Assembly: GCA_964016885.1 (NCBI GenBank)
Contig: OZ024741.1
Span: forward strand, 151,466,001-151,530,000
Direction: 5' to 3'
DNA: 64,000 nt
Origin: Eledone cirrhosa
Taxonomy: Eukaryota
Shown: piece after piece, positions 26,416 through 39,034 of the stretch
Numbering within the stretch: the first letter of the stretch is position 1
Layout: each line of letters opens with the position of its first letter
Notes under the pieces: model-generated
Seen by the model: the letters and a program-made list of their open reading frames with translations, nothing else
What the model was told of the DNA's origin: nothing
Database searches by the model: none
Translations under genes and position numbers: made by a program

Positions 26416-26417
<2 letters not shown>
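26096..26417 (+). mobile_element. Palindromic element, same family as 2786-3157
   Basis: Arms 26096-26171 and 26205-26283, then the tail ...CATACTCTGCTC...GGAAGCATCTTAGCTACCA. Confidence 0.7.
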
Positions 26418-26456
<39 letters not shown>

Positions 26457-26686
26457 GTTTATATATATATATAAACATTGTTTCCTCGGTCCGATTTGAC
26501 GAAAGTCGATCATCTGTGGATATATATATATACTTAACCACACTATATAATTTTCCATATATTAGGTGTTACATACCTACATAAACCCAAGAGAAATGTA
26601 TATCATATAATAAAATATTATTCTTGCGCATACACACGAAAACACACGCACACGCAGTCACGAACACATACAGACACACACACACA

Positions 26687-27105
26687 TGTTACACTTTCTC
26701 TCGACTAGCCTCTTCCTCGCACTTCCAATCACTCACTCTCTGTTTCCCCCCTTCTCACTTCCTCCCGTTTGGCCTGTAGTGGGTTCTCTTCTTGCTCACA
26801 TATCACTCACCTCGGACGGTCTGTTGTCACTCGCTCATGAAATCCACACAGCTTAAGCTGAGCCGATCGCCATGCTGCTTGTTTTTGTCCTATCTTTGCG
26901 TTGCTATCCTTCCTTGTTGTTTACTGTCTCGCTCGCTTTACGCGATTTACTTGTCCCAATAGCTTTATTTAGCTATTGCTCGCACCAACCGGAGGTATAT
27001 GATTTTTAAAGCGATGAAATACCAATGAAGGTTGGAAAATCACTGACGAAGGACTATTTTTATCATATGTAACCCATGTGCAACCACGCAGTATTCTTTC
27101 TTCTC

Positions 27106-27112
<7 letters not shown>
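26687..27112 (+). repeat. ~425-bp interspersed repeat, second copy at 44208-44631
   Basis: Highly similar direct copies, both running from a (CA/TA)n tract into (TA)n. Confidence 0.9.
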
Positions 27113-27164
<52 letters not shown>

Positions 27165-27181
<17 letters not shown>

Positions 27182-27923
27182 TGAGGATGTCTGTGTGTGT
27201 GTGAGTTTGAATCCCTAAAACTCGAGAAACACCGAACCGACTGTTTTCAAACTTTACACATGTAATACTTATGTTTCAGGGAGTGTTCTGAGCAAAACAA
27301 ATTTCAAATTTTCAATGCCCTAGGGACCGCATTAAGCGATTTAGCGATCTCTCTCTATAATTCTTTCTCTTTTTAGATAAATACATACATATAACGTCGC
27401 ACCCTTATAATATCTGTATGTCTGACTGTCTGCATTACGTCACTTCCCTGAGCATGTCTGTCTGTTTGTGTGTCTGTGAGTTTGAATCCCTAAAACCCGA
27501 AATGTACCCAACCGACATTTTTCAAACTTTACATGTGTATTACTTATATTTCAGGGAGTGTTATGCACATACAAAAATTCTACTTTTTGGTCCCGTAAGG
27601 CCCGCATTAGGTGAAAAACGGCGTTTTTTCAGGTTTTTAGGGTTTTTTTTAGTCGTTACGTCTAGCCGATTTTTCCCGAAATTTCAAGGCATATTATGCA
27701 CATAAAAAAAATTCAATTTCTTGATCCCCTAGGGCCCGCATTAGGTGTAAACCTGCATTTTTCCTGCTTCACCAAGGAAAATCTTAAAGATTATCCAGCT
27801 ATCAGAGTATTCAGTTTATTTTCTTTACATATTGTCCACGGATGCAGTTTTTCCACGATTAGGTCTGTTGGCGGCCCGAGTTCCAAAATACCTTATCCTG
27901 TGCAACGCTGGGTACCACTGCTA
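27165..27923 (+). mobile_element. Non-autonomous Helitron with an internal duplication
   Basis: 5' TATATATAAAACTGAGGATGTCTGTGTG; 27187-27290 is repeated at 27455-27565; 3' CCTGTGCAACGCTGGG TACCACTG CTA. Confidence 0.7.
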
Positions 27924-27956
27924 TATATATATATACACATATATATATGTACATAC

Positions 27957-28095
<139 letters not shown>

Positions 28096-28296
28096 GACTT
28101 CGTTTTTGAATTTGTTTTGCAAGATTTCTTATCTGAAAACGTGTATTGAAACAAATATTGTCATACTTTGAGGGGGGGGGGGGTCATGTTGCCAATAAAA
28201 ACACACGCCCCGGTTGGTTTTCATTTCAATTTATTACAAATTTCCTGTTGGATGGTTGGTTGGTTAGTTCGATAACCGGGTGGTTGTTTTTATATT

Positions 28297-28339
28297 GTCA
28301 AGCCTCTTTCGTCAACCATTCTGTGACATCCTCAGTGAC
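28297..28339 (-). ncRNA. Minimal hammerhead motif
   Basis: GTCA-CTGAGGA-tGTCA...TGAC-GAAA-GAGGC-TT-GAC. It lies upstream of the same tail as the 11820-14082 PLE. Confidence 0.55.
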
Positions 28340-28422
28340 TGGGTTTATATTTTGTGTCTCTCCTTTTTTCTGTACCACACATTCTTGTTTTTGTGTGTTG
28401 TGTGTTGTTTGTGTGTATATAC

Positions 28423-28540
<118 letters not shown>

Positions 28541-28544
28541 TATG

Positions 28545-28712
28545 TCCGCAGGCCATAGCACGGTACAAAGGTAACCTAAGTGTAGCAGCAACGAACCCCC
28601 TCTTACGCCAATGGCCAGCCAACACAAGCTGGAGATAGATTGTGTAGCAACAAGGGCAGTGCCCCAGCATGGCCTCAGCCTGATGGCTGGTACAGGTAAA
28701 GAATTAAAAGAG
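28545..28712 (+). mobile_element. Fragment of a different SINE-like family (3' end)
   Basis: GTGCCCCAGCATGGCC.CAG.CT.ATG.CTG..ACA.GTAAAGAAT-type tail, recalled from octopod repeats. Confidence 0.45.
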
Positions 28713-29185
28713 TAAGGAACAATAAAATAAAATGAAGATATAAACTAGTATATACATTGGTAAGATAGGAAAAGAGCATAAACGTTTCTAACCACATTCG
28801 CTCATCAAAAGATAGAGTGAGAGAGAAGAAATAGAAAATAGACAAGTGTAAGAAATGAAATAAAACGAAAGGAGGCTTTGTTTTTGTGAAAGAAGCACTT
28901 CTGTAGATAGTCGGCCATTTTGGAAAGTGATATGATTTATTACATTTTTATATACACACACATGCACACACACACACACACACACACACATCAATGCATG
29001 AATATAACATAAATGTTATACATCTTTTCATTAATTTATCTCAGGTGATCTCATGTGCAGTATTGCTATGTTCTGTTTGATACACATAATGCTTCAGATT
29101 AATTCTAGGAGATTTAAAATACCAATAATCTTACATTATTTCTGTAATTCATACGCACAACACCATACACCCCCATATATATATA

Positions 29186-29224
<39 letters not shown>

Positions 29225-29227
<3 letters not shown>

Positions 29228-30105
29228 ACGAAGGAAAAGTGGTAAGGAACCAAGTGGACCATAACGCACCAAAGTACTCAATACTTAGGGTAGTAGAGTG
29301 GGTAATAGGAACAAGTAAGACCCCGACGGCTGAGCACAAGCCGTTTCGACGGCTAATTCTGGACTGAATGAAAATGTATTCTGGTATTTAAATAGCCGAG
29401 CTTATCAAGGGATAATTCCATATATGGTCAAAGAGACAATCACCAGGATTGGTCACGTCACAAGTTAGTAGTAAATCTTTGATGGCAAATTGGTGGGGGA
29501 AGGGATAGCTGAACTTGCCGGTGGGAGAAAAAGGGAGAGGGGGTGGAGCAGACCCATTCGTGCGTTGGTAGTATTGGCTACAGCTGGTCGTGAGGTCAAA
29601 AGGATACTGGGGAGGGGGAGGAAGTCGAAACGGTAAGTAGAACAATGATGGGTGAAACTATAAACAGTACTGAGAGAGAAATAGCGAGAGACTTAAGTCT
29701 TAGTAACCAGAAATTGCTTATTTTGTTTTTCTCTCTCAGTACTGTTTATAGTTTCACCCATCATTGTTCTACTTACCGTTTCGACTTCCTCCCCCTCCCC
29801 AGTATCCTTTTGACCTCACGCCCAGCTGTAGCCGGTACTACCAACGCATGAATGGGTCTACTCCACCCCCTCTCCCTTTTTCTCCTACCGGCAGGTTTAG
29901 CTATCCCTTCCCCCACCAATTTGCCATCAAAGATTTACTACTAACTTGTGATGTGACCAATCCTGGTGATTGTCTCTTTGACCATATATGGAATTACCCC
30001 TTGATAAGCTCGGCTATTTAAATACCAGAATACATTTTCATTCAGTCCAGAATTAGCCGTCGAAACGGCTTGAGCTCAGCCGTCGGGGTCTTACTTGTTC
30101 CTATT
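29225..30105 (-). mobile_element. Large fold-back PLE-derived element (~378-bp arms)
   Basis: 29304-29681 is the inverse of 29728-30105, with a tail at 29225-29303 (also seen at 7880-7958) and (TA)n flanks. Confidence 0.8.
29996..30089 (+). ncRNA. Type I hammerhead, U3-A8 core variant (second copy 29319-29413, minus strand)
   Basis: ACCCC-TTGATAA-GCTCGGCTA...TAGCCGTC-GAAA-CGGCT TGAGCTC AGCCG-TC-GGGGT. Confidence 0.75.
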
Positions 30106-30180
30106 TATATATATATATATAATAGTCACCAGTTGCAAAACACGTATATGTATGTGTATGTATATATATATGTAAACTTT

Positions 30181-30211
<31 letters not shown>

Positions 30212-30334
30212 ATATATACACACACTTACATGGTGGGTGCCAACTCGTTTTCGAGTACGGCCACTACTTAATATCCATGTAGGAGAACCCCTACCGACGC
30301 GCTGAACGAGTGTGGCTTTTTAGTCCAGCCAGAG

Positions 30335-31042
30335 ACTTGTTCGAAGACAATGAAGAAGTACAAAGCAAAGAGCGTTGGAGCTGGAATGAAACCCTGTTTG
30401 ACTCCATTCTCGAGCGTCACCGGCTCAGAGAGCTTTCCACCAACATTTACCCATGCCTTCATGTCATCATGGAACAAACGCAAAATGGAAACAAACTTCT
30501 CAGGGCACCCCAGCTTCCTCAAGATATCCCATAAAGCATTTCTGTTGACCGTGTCAAACGCCTTTGTCAGATCAACAAACACCTGGTAGAGATCCACATT
30601 CTGCTCACATCTTTACAGTCAGTTGTCTGACTGTAAAGATCATGTCCACAGTGCCACGCCCAGCCCGAAAGCCCGATTGCGACTCTGGTAGAGCTTCATC
30701 AGCAATGTGGAGCAATGAACGGTCCAACAGAATTCTACAGAGAACTTTGCCGACAACAGACAACAGTGATATCCCACGATAGTTTCCGCAGTCATCCCTG
30801 TCTCCCTTTTACTTGTACAAAACAACCATCACAGCATCCTTCCAGTCATCGGGAACATGATTGTTGTTCCAGGCATCCAGAACCAAAGAATGAAGTCGGT
30901 GCAAGAGATTCTCTCCACCGTTCTTCGAGATCTCAGCTTACAGCCCATCCAATCCAGGCGACTTCCCACCATTGAGTTTCCAGACAACACTTTTAACCTC
31001 CTCGATCGTTGGAGGCTCAGCAAGGATTTCTTTTACTGGCTT
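30335..31042 (-). mobile_element. RTE (BovB-like) LINE reverse transcriptase fragment
   Basis: [58 protein letters not shown]. Frameshifted. Confidence 0.88.
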
Positions 31043-31295
31043 ATCATATACATAAACACATACATATATATACATATATATACATATATATACACATATA
31101 TATACATACACATATATATATATACACACATATATATATACCAATTCATCTATATATATATGTGTGTGCGTGTGTGTGTCTGTGTGTGTGTGTGAGTGTG
31201 TGTGTAAGAAAATATTTTTCTTGTCAATTTTCTTTTCATTCAATTCATTGGAGACATTTTTACATTTTTTTCCTTTGTTTTTTCTTCGATGGAAA

Positions 31296-31355
<60 letters not shown>

Positions 31356-31375
31356 ATATAAATATACATGCATGT

Positions 31376-31431
<56 letters not shown>

Positions 31432-31433
<2 letters not shown>

Positions 31434-32300
31434 GTGGGAAAGTAAAAAATCGGAGAATAGACCGTTAAAACATGTTTATTTAAAACAGCACCTACGTACT
31501 TTTTATTATATATTTTTTTTTTTTTTTTTTTGCCGCATCCGTTTGTCTGAGGCTGGGTCTGGTATGCAAGGATTGTTTCCTGGGTGTTATTGTCCTTAAA
31601 CATCAGCTTCTCCACGCACTGGGAGATTGTCGGCAGGGCTGCACCGTACAACTTCAAGAGGAAATGCGATCTTTGCCTCATGGAGCTCTACCACATCATA
31701 GCTGCACCCCACGAGCTCATCAACAGCAGAGCTGAAACAGCGATAAGTTGTAGACATCGCTTAAAAATATCCTTCTTCAGATGGGTTAAGGATGAAGAGT
31801 GAAACAGTACACTGGATCTCCCTGCAACAAGTCTTAACACCCCGGCGGGCAGGCGGTGCAAAATAACACCCAGGAAACAATCCTTGCATACCAGATCCAG
31901 CGTCAGACAAACGGATGCGGCAAAAAAAAAAGATTGTCCGGGAAAGACTGCCCTAACAGCGGCCAGAGTTACCTCCCTTGACCTGCTGTAAAATCAAAAC
32001 AAGATATTTTTGCGAGCAATGAACCTTGATGTGGATTTAACCCCCAAAACTCTTTCCGAGCAATATAAGGAACACTTGTGATTATTTATGCCCTTGAGAA
32101 GCCCAACTGGGCGAAACGTACGTAGGTGCTGTTTTAAATAAACATGTTTTAACGGTCTATTCTCCGATTTTTTACTTTCCCACGTGCTTACGCTCTGCTA
32201 ACTCTCTAGCCCACTAAATATTAACACTTCGAATATTTAATACTGCCGGCACTAGTATCGAGCACCTTTGGCATACGCTACATGGCAAATAACTATATGT
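31432..32300 (+). mobile_element. PLE (Hydra-like) 3' fragment with an internally deleted inverted pseudo-LTR
   Basis: [27 protein letters not shown]...LINSRAETAISCRHRLK at 31600-31802. 31432-31499 is the inverse of 32118-32185, and 31522-31591 is the inverse of 31862-31930. Confidence 0.8.
32090..32129 (+). ncRNA. Minimal type I hammerhead, U3-A8 core variant
   Basis: GCCC-TTGAGAA-GCCCA AC TGGGC-GAAA-CGTACG-TA-GGTGC, followed by AATAAA. Confidence 0.72.
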
Positions 32301-32359
32301 ATCACCCCCCCCCCCCCTTGTTTTCCTCTTTCTCGATACGTAAATAATATATATATATA

Positions 32360-33663
32360 TACACAGTGGTTAAGGATTTCGAAGTTGATGTCATCCTCAA
32401 TGACCGTAAGTAGGTGATTAATTTCAACGACTCTATTTGGATTAAAAAATCTAATAGTACCCCATTCGACGGGAGTATGGGCGCCAGCGATTTTGCGGAG
32501 GCTACTGATCTTATCGGCCTTTTCCTTCTTTTCTCTATCAAGGAAGAAATCCCCAACGTGGGCGGTGGTTTGTACCGTGATGATGGTCTTTTGAACATGA
32601 CTAAGTGCGGCCCACGTGCTGGGACCGGTTCAGAAAAGAACTCACAACCTTCTTTAAAGGCTTCAACCTCTCCATACAGGTTGAGGCCAACCTCTCGGTC
32701 GTTACCTCGACGTTACCCTCAATTTATCGAATGGCTTGCATTACTCGTATAGAAAGCCGAATGATACGCTTAATAACATAAGTAAGCATTCTAACCATCC
32801 TGCCAGCATAATCAAGAAGCTGGTAAGTAACGTTTCTTTGAGGCTTTCCCGTCTATCTACTAACGAGCATATTTTCAACGACCATTCCACATATTACAAT
32901 GAAGCTCTTGCTCGGAGTGGATTTGTCGATAAGGTATCATATACAGAGTACGAGAATAGACCTAGAAGAAATAGATCCTGACGCATTATATGGTATAATC
33001 CACCATATAATATGGCGGTGGCTACACCATTAGCTAAGATCTTTCTCTCCCTTATTATGAAGCATTTTCCCCCTACAGATAAATATAGTAACATTTTTAA
33101 TAGAAATACTATTAAAATTTCTTACTCTACGTCTCCCAACCTTGCACATAACATCACATCTTCAAATTTAACTAAACTACCTAGCCGTAGGAACACGTGC
33201 AACCCTGTAGTTAGTACTAACTGTAATTGTAGGAATCGGGTTGACTGCCTCCTATCCGGGAAATGCCCCTCTAGTAACTTTGTCTACAAATGTAAGGTTG
33301 AAACACCCACGTCCCGTAGGGCCTACATAGGGTTAACCGCCAATAGATTCAAGCAGCGTCTTTACATGCATACCCATTCTTTTCGTAACCCTTTAAGAAG
33401 GAATATGACGTCACTTTCAGCTTATATCTGGAGTCTAAAAGACAACCACACCCAATATAAGTTACACTGGGAGATCCTAGCTAGGGCTAGATCGTATAAC
33501 GGAAATAAAAGACCATGTGACCTCTGCGCCGCTGAGGCCCTGGAAATTCTCTACGCCAAAGACTACATCTTAAACAAAAAATCTGAGGCAATTTCGGCTT
33601 GAAAACATAAATTGCACAAAACTTTCCTGCATTACAGCCCCACATTATACCCTAACGGATAGT
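32360..33663 (+). pseudogene. PLE reverse transcriptase/GIY-YIG endonuclease, frameshifted, with in-frame stops
   Basis: ORF pieces 32414-32600, 32736-32981 and 33012-33602 join into one RT-EN protein. TGA at 32979 and 33600. Confidence 0.85.
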
Positions 33664-34058
33664 ACGAACTATACGCGGATATTTTACGTCTTGATGTGGT
33701 ATCTAAGTATATGTTATGTTTATACCATTACTTATTTGTATAGGTAAGTATATATTACCTGTATGTTTTGTGAAGGTACGTATACATTCTCGTACGTATA
33801 TTTGATTGTATATGTTATGGTGTATATATTATATATTCTGGTACATATGCTTTTGGTTATGTGTATACGTGAGTTTTGCGGCTGTGTGAGTATGCGGGTT
33901 CGTGCGTATGTAGGGTGTGTGTATATGTGTACTTTGTGTTTGGTTGACGTACGTCTCCGAACATATGTGTATTTACATGGTGGTATGTGGGTGCGCTTGT
34001 TATATACGTATTTATTTATATACGTTTATTTAATGATATACATACACGCACACACACA

Positions 34059-34122
<64 letters not shown>

Positions 34123-34587
34123 TTTTATGTGTATTTGGTGTATACATTCGTTTGCGTGCGGGTACAGGCGTTGCGTGGGTTCTGTATGTACGTGCGGGGT
34201 TTTTTTTCTGTGTAACGTGTGTGTATTTGTATACCTATGGCGAGTGTTTTTGCGTATGCTTGTGTATGTACGTATATGGATGCGAGTATGTATTTATTTA
34301 ATTTCAATTACCTCTGTATTTTATTTACTTTATTCTTAACTCTGAAGCCGAGAATCATTCGGTTTCTTAGTTAGAATTTTAGTCTACGACTTCAGTTATA
34401 CCATTTACGTGGTTTTGTCTTTGCGTGTAATTGTTTTTCACCGCTCCAAATAATGACGTATTATATTCGTTTTTTCCCGTTCTTTGCTAGGGAACGTTTC
34501 CACGAACCAAAGTATCGTCTTCCTGTCTTCCTCCGGTTGCAACCTTTTTTGAAATATTCACTTCTGCGTTCACAGATTGACTTTGTT

Positions 34588-34638
34588 AGTTTCAGAAGAT
34601 CCCGTTAAGGGTGAAAGCAGCGATTCTTTGCTTAAACT
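34588..34638 (+). ncRNA. Type I hammerhead, U4->A core variant (second copy ~15443-15494, minus strand)
   Basis: AGTTT-CAGAAGA-tCCC GTTAA GGGt-GAAA-GCA GCGATTCTT TGC-TT-AAACT. Confidence 0.65.
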
Positions 34639-34763
34639 TTAATTTGTTATTTTAATAAATATTTGCTCTACGATTCTTATATATTTGATATATATTTATC
34701 CTTATCGAGCCCTCTTTGGATTTTAGTCTTCAAATTTATTATTATTATTATTATTATATATAT

Positions 34764-34848
<85 letters not shown>

Positions 34849-34891
34849 TACATATATATATATATGAATATATATATGTAGACACGCATAT

Positions 34892-34922
<31 letters not shown>

Positions 34923-35169
34923 CGCATGTAAGTATGTATGTATGTTTCTATGGATACATATAAGTATGTTTGTGCGTACGATTTTACGTAGTTATACATA
35001 TAAATACGTTGCCAATCAAAACAATCTATGTTATTAGGTTTAAAATAATATCTAATGAAATTTCTAGGCTTTTGCACATTGATTCGTTTACAACCTCACA
35101 CATAGAAAAACATAAATTCACACACGCACATACATACACACTAACACACACACACACAACACAAACACG

Positions 35170-35232
<63 letters not shown>

Positions 35233-35510
35233 AAGATGATAGATTAGTATTGGAAAGACAATGGAAACGTAGTTTCCTTGATCGGAGTTGACGATTGGCT
35301 CCTTTCCCATATAACCCCCCCCCCCCCCCACACACACACACAAACATACACACACATACACACATATATTTATGAACGTGTGCTGCATTAGCATACATTG
35401 TATTCAATAGGTTCTGTTATCTAAACTATAATAAAGGAACGTCTGCAGGATTGCCTACGGTTTATTTTTTTTTATCCCGTTTGTAAAATAACTTGGATTA
35501 CTTTGAATAA

Positions 35511-35696
35511 ATAATTGTTTCTACGTTAGGCACAAGGCCAGCAAATACCCAGAACATTACTGGTACTTTATTTTATCGACTCTGTAAAGATGAAAGGCAA
35601 AGTTAACGTTGGCGGGATTTGAACTCAGAATGGCAAGAGCCGTAACTCTATACGTCAAAGCATGGCGTCCGACCAATACTGCCAATCCACCGCCCT
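35511..35696 (-). mobile_element. SINE, full length
   Basis: Consensus match, flanked by ATTACTTTGAATAAATAAT duplicates. Confidence 0.9.
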
Positions 35697-36205
35697 CACT
35701 TACTCATTACTTTGAATAAATAATGAATGAATATTGCATAATTTATCTACTAAATTTTGTAAACAAAAATAATTTCGTAAAAATAAATAATTTCAAATTG
35801 ACTTCTTTTCAAAGTACCACTTCCGGTATATCGTCACCACCACCTCCACTTCAACCACCATATATATAGAAAGAAAGAGTGTGTGATGAGAGAGATAGAG
35901 AGATTATGATTTTCTACACCTTACGGGTATGACTGTGTATATTGTCAATTACGATTTTATTTGACGTATCATATCTACATGTATATTTACTTGCGTATAA
36001 TATCAATATACACACTACACATGCTAGCAGAAAACCACCCCAGGGGAGGTTTTTCTGCTAGTTAACATAGCACTTGTCCGTAGAAGTTATTTCATTTATC
36101 GACATCTCTTTCGTCGCTGGTCAAATATTTTCACGAATTGCACCTAAATTTGAACGTGTCATCTAATTACCGGTGGAGTGTTTTATTAACCTGTTAAATC
36201 CGACC

Positions 36206-36306
36206 CTCCTCCTCCCTCGTTCTCCTCCTCCTCCTCCTCCTCCTCCTCCTCCTCCTCCTCCTCCTCCTCCTACTACTACTACTACTACTACGACTACTAC
36301 TACCAT

Positions 36307-36350
<44 letters not shown>

Positions 36351-36379
36351 TTACTACTACGACTACTACTACCATTACC

Positions 36380-36432
<53 letters not shown>

Positions 36433-36453
36433 GACTACTACTACTACTACCAT

Positions 36454-36525
<72 letters not shown>

Positions 36526-36544
36526 GACTACTACTACCATTACC

Positions 36545-36609
<65 letters not shown>

Positions 36610-36671
36610 GACTACTACTACTACTACCATTACTACTACTACTACTACTACTACCACTACTACTACTACTA

Positions 36672-36744
<73 letters not shown>

Positions 36745-36754
36745 CATTACCACC

Positions 36755-36828
<74 letters not shown>

Positions 36829-37213
36829 CACTACCACTACTACTATCTGTCCCCATCCTCTTCATCCATCTTCTGTCACAATTACGCCACAAGTCTGTGT
36901 TTAAGTAACACAGATCTAAATAGTTGTCAGGACCAATCGACTGTCACTTTCTTGCTGCCTCCATTTTTTATATGCATCCTTAATGTGCCACCATCTTCTT
37001 TCGTCATCATCATCATCATTATCACCACCATTATCATCAACAACGTCAACATCCTCATCATCATCATCACTATCAATATCATCATCATCATCACTATCAA
37101 TATCATCATCATCATCACTATCGTCATCATCATCATCATCACTATCAACATCATCATCATCATCATCATCATCACTATCAACATCATCATCATCATCATC
37201 ATCATCATCACTG

Positions 37214-37249
<36 letters not shown>

Positions 37250-37644
37250 CTATCAACATCATCGTCATCAACATCATCATCATCATCACTATCAACATCA
37301 TCATCATCATCATCATCACTATCAACATCAACATCACTATCATCATCGACATCGTCATAACCATCACCGACACCAATGTCACAATAATCGTCATTTTCCC
37401 CATCATCCATCATTACCATAACCGTGGTCATCATCACCATCACCAGCTTAATCCCTCTCTTCCTCCTCTCCTCCACCTCCACCCCTCCTCCTCCTCGTCA
37501 TCATCATCATCAGCATCACAACCACCACACCATCACCACAAATAACAATACCATCATCATCATCATCATCATCATCACCATCACCACACCATCACCACAA
37601 ATAACAATACCATCATCATCATCATCTTTATCATCATCTAATGT

Positions 37645-37679
<35 letters not shown>

Positions 37680-37680
37680 T
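36206..37680. repeat. Compound trinucleotide satellite: (CCT)n, (TAC)n, then (ATC)n
   Basis: Direct reading. It explains the poly-T/V/S/D/I ORFs. Confidence 0.97.
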
Positions 37681-37779
37681 TTTTGTCATTTGTCTTTGGC
37701 TATATTCACCTTGTATATTTGTTGTGGCAGGTAAACTATTTAAGGTGGAATGAAGGAATATGATAGAAAATCCTTTCAA

Positions 37780-38434
37780 ATAATTGTTTCTACATTTTGT
37801 ACAAGGCCAGCAATCACCCAGTGCATTACTGGTACTTTATTTTATCGACCTCGTAAGGATGAAAGGCAAAGTTAACCTTGGCGGGATTTGAACTCAGACC
37901 ATAAAGGGCCGCAACTCTTTGCTGCAACGCATTGGCGTTCGACCCTCTCTTCCGATACTGACAATCCACCAAATAATTATTTCTATTTTTGGCACAAGGC
38001 CAGCAATTACCCAGTGTATTACTGGTACTTTATTTTATCGACCTCGTAAGGATGAAAGGCAAAGTTAACCTCGGCGGGATTTGAACTCAGAATGGCAAGG
38101 GCCGTAACTCTATCCATCAAAGCATGGCGTCCGACCCTCTTTGGTCTATACGAACAATTCGTCAAATATATCTCGTACAGGTTTGCCTTTTTATAGTCTT
38201 TATTTTCGTTTTCTCTGGGGGCGGTGGATTGGCAGAATCGGCAGAGCGTCGGACATCATGGTTGCAGCATAGTGTTATGGCCCTTTACGCCCTGAGTTCA
38301 AATCCCGTCGGAGTTAACTTTGCCTTTCATCCTTACGGCGTCGATAAAATAAAGTACCAGTAATGCACTGGAGTCGATTTAATCGACGTTTTTCTCAAAA
38401 TTTCCGGCCTTGTACCAATAGTAGAAATCATTAT
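37780..38434. mobile_element. SINE cluster: minus-strand dimer 37780-38140 and plus-strand copy 38219-38434
   Basis: Consensus matches. Confidence 0.9.
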
Positions 38435-39034
38435 TTTCGGTTTCTCTCTGACTTAGCGGCAAGTTGAGATTAGTTCGTTTATTATATTTTTTTTATTTAG
38501 GAATGAAGTGGAACAGAAGACGCAAAATATAGATTTGTCCTTATGTGCTGTTTCTGTGTCTAAATCTTAGATGTATCAATACATACTAGTACAATGTCTG
38601 CCTGTATATATTCTTCCCTGCAATAATTGAATGGTTTCAAAATATAGTAGATAATGTTGTAGTGTTTTTCATGTGGAATTGGAGGAACTAGGTTCTCGGT
38701 ATGTGCCTATTTGCTTCACAATGGACAAACCTCTATACAATGGCACATATATGTCCTTCATATTTGTTAGTGTGACTGTAAAATACATGCATTGCTAATT
38801 TCTAGAATGATAAATGTGTTTTTCACATGATTGAAGGTGACCTTTACAGTATCAAAAGGGTTTTCTACTGCTGAGAGAAACATATCAACAACAAATGTTT
38901 TACGAAATACTACTGGCACGATATGGAGTCCGGCTTTATGAATTGTTCTTAATAATAAAGATGAAGGTTCAGTAAAAATAATAATAATTGAGAGAATCTG
39001 TACTCTCATAAATGTTGTATGTCCTTTTGAAACC

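Larger units (their letters stand above)
32360..34740 (+). mobile_element. Penelope-like retroelement, probably Hydra clade, 5'-truncated
   Basis: RT motifs FDGSMGASDFAE...GLYRDDGL, YRKPND, IIWYNPPY, a CNCRNRVDC (CxCx5C) linker, GIY-YIG (VYKC...AYIGLT...FKQR) and CDLC. A hammerhead and AATAAA lie in the 3' part. The clade name is recalled from motif descriptions, not from a search. Confidence 0.85.

Noticed and set aside
26687-27075. Solo LTR (TGTTAC...GTAAC)
   Set aside because: It ends in CC rather than CA in both copies, homology continues past that point, and there is no TSD.
30938-31681. 247-aa ORF
   Set aside because: It reads through PLE antisense, microsatellite and an RTE fragment.
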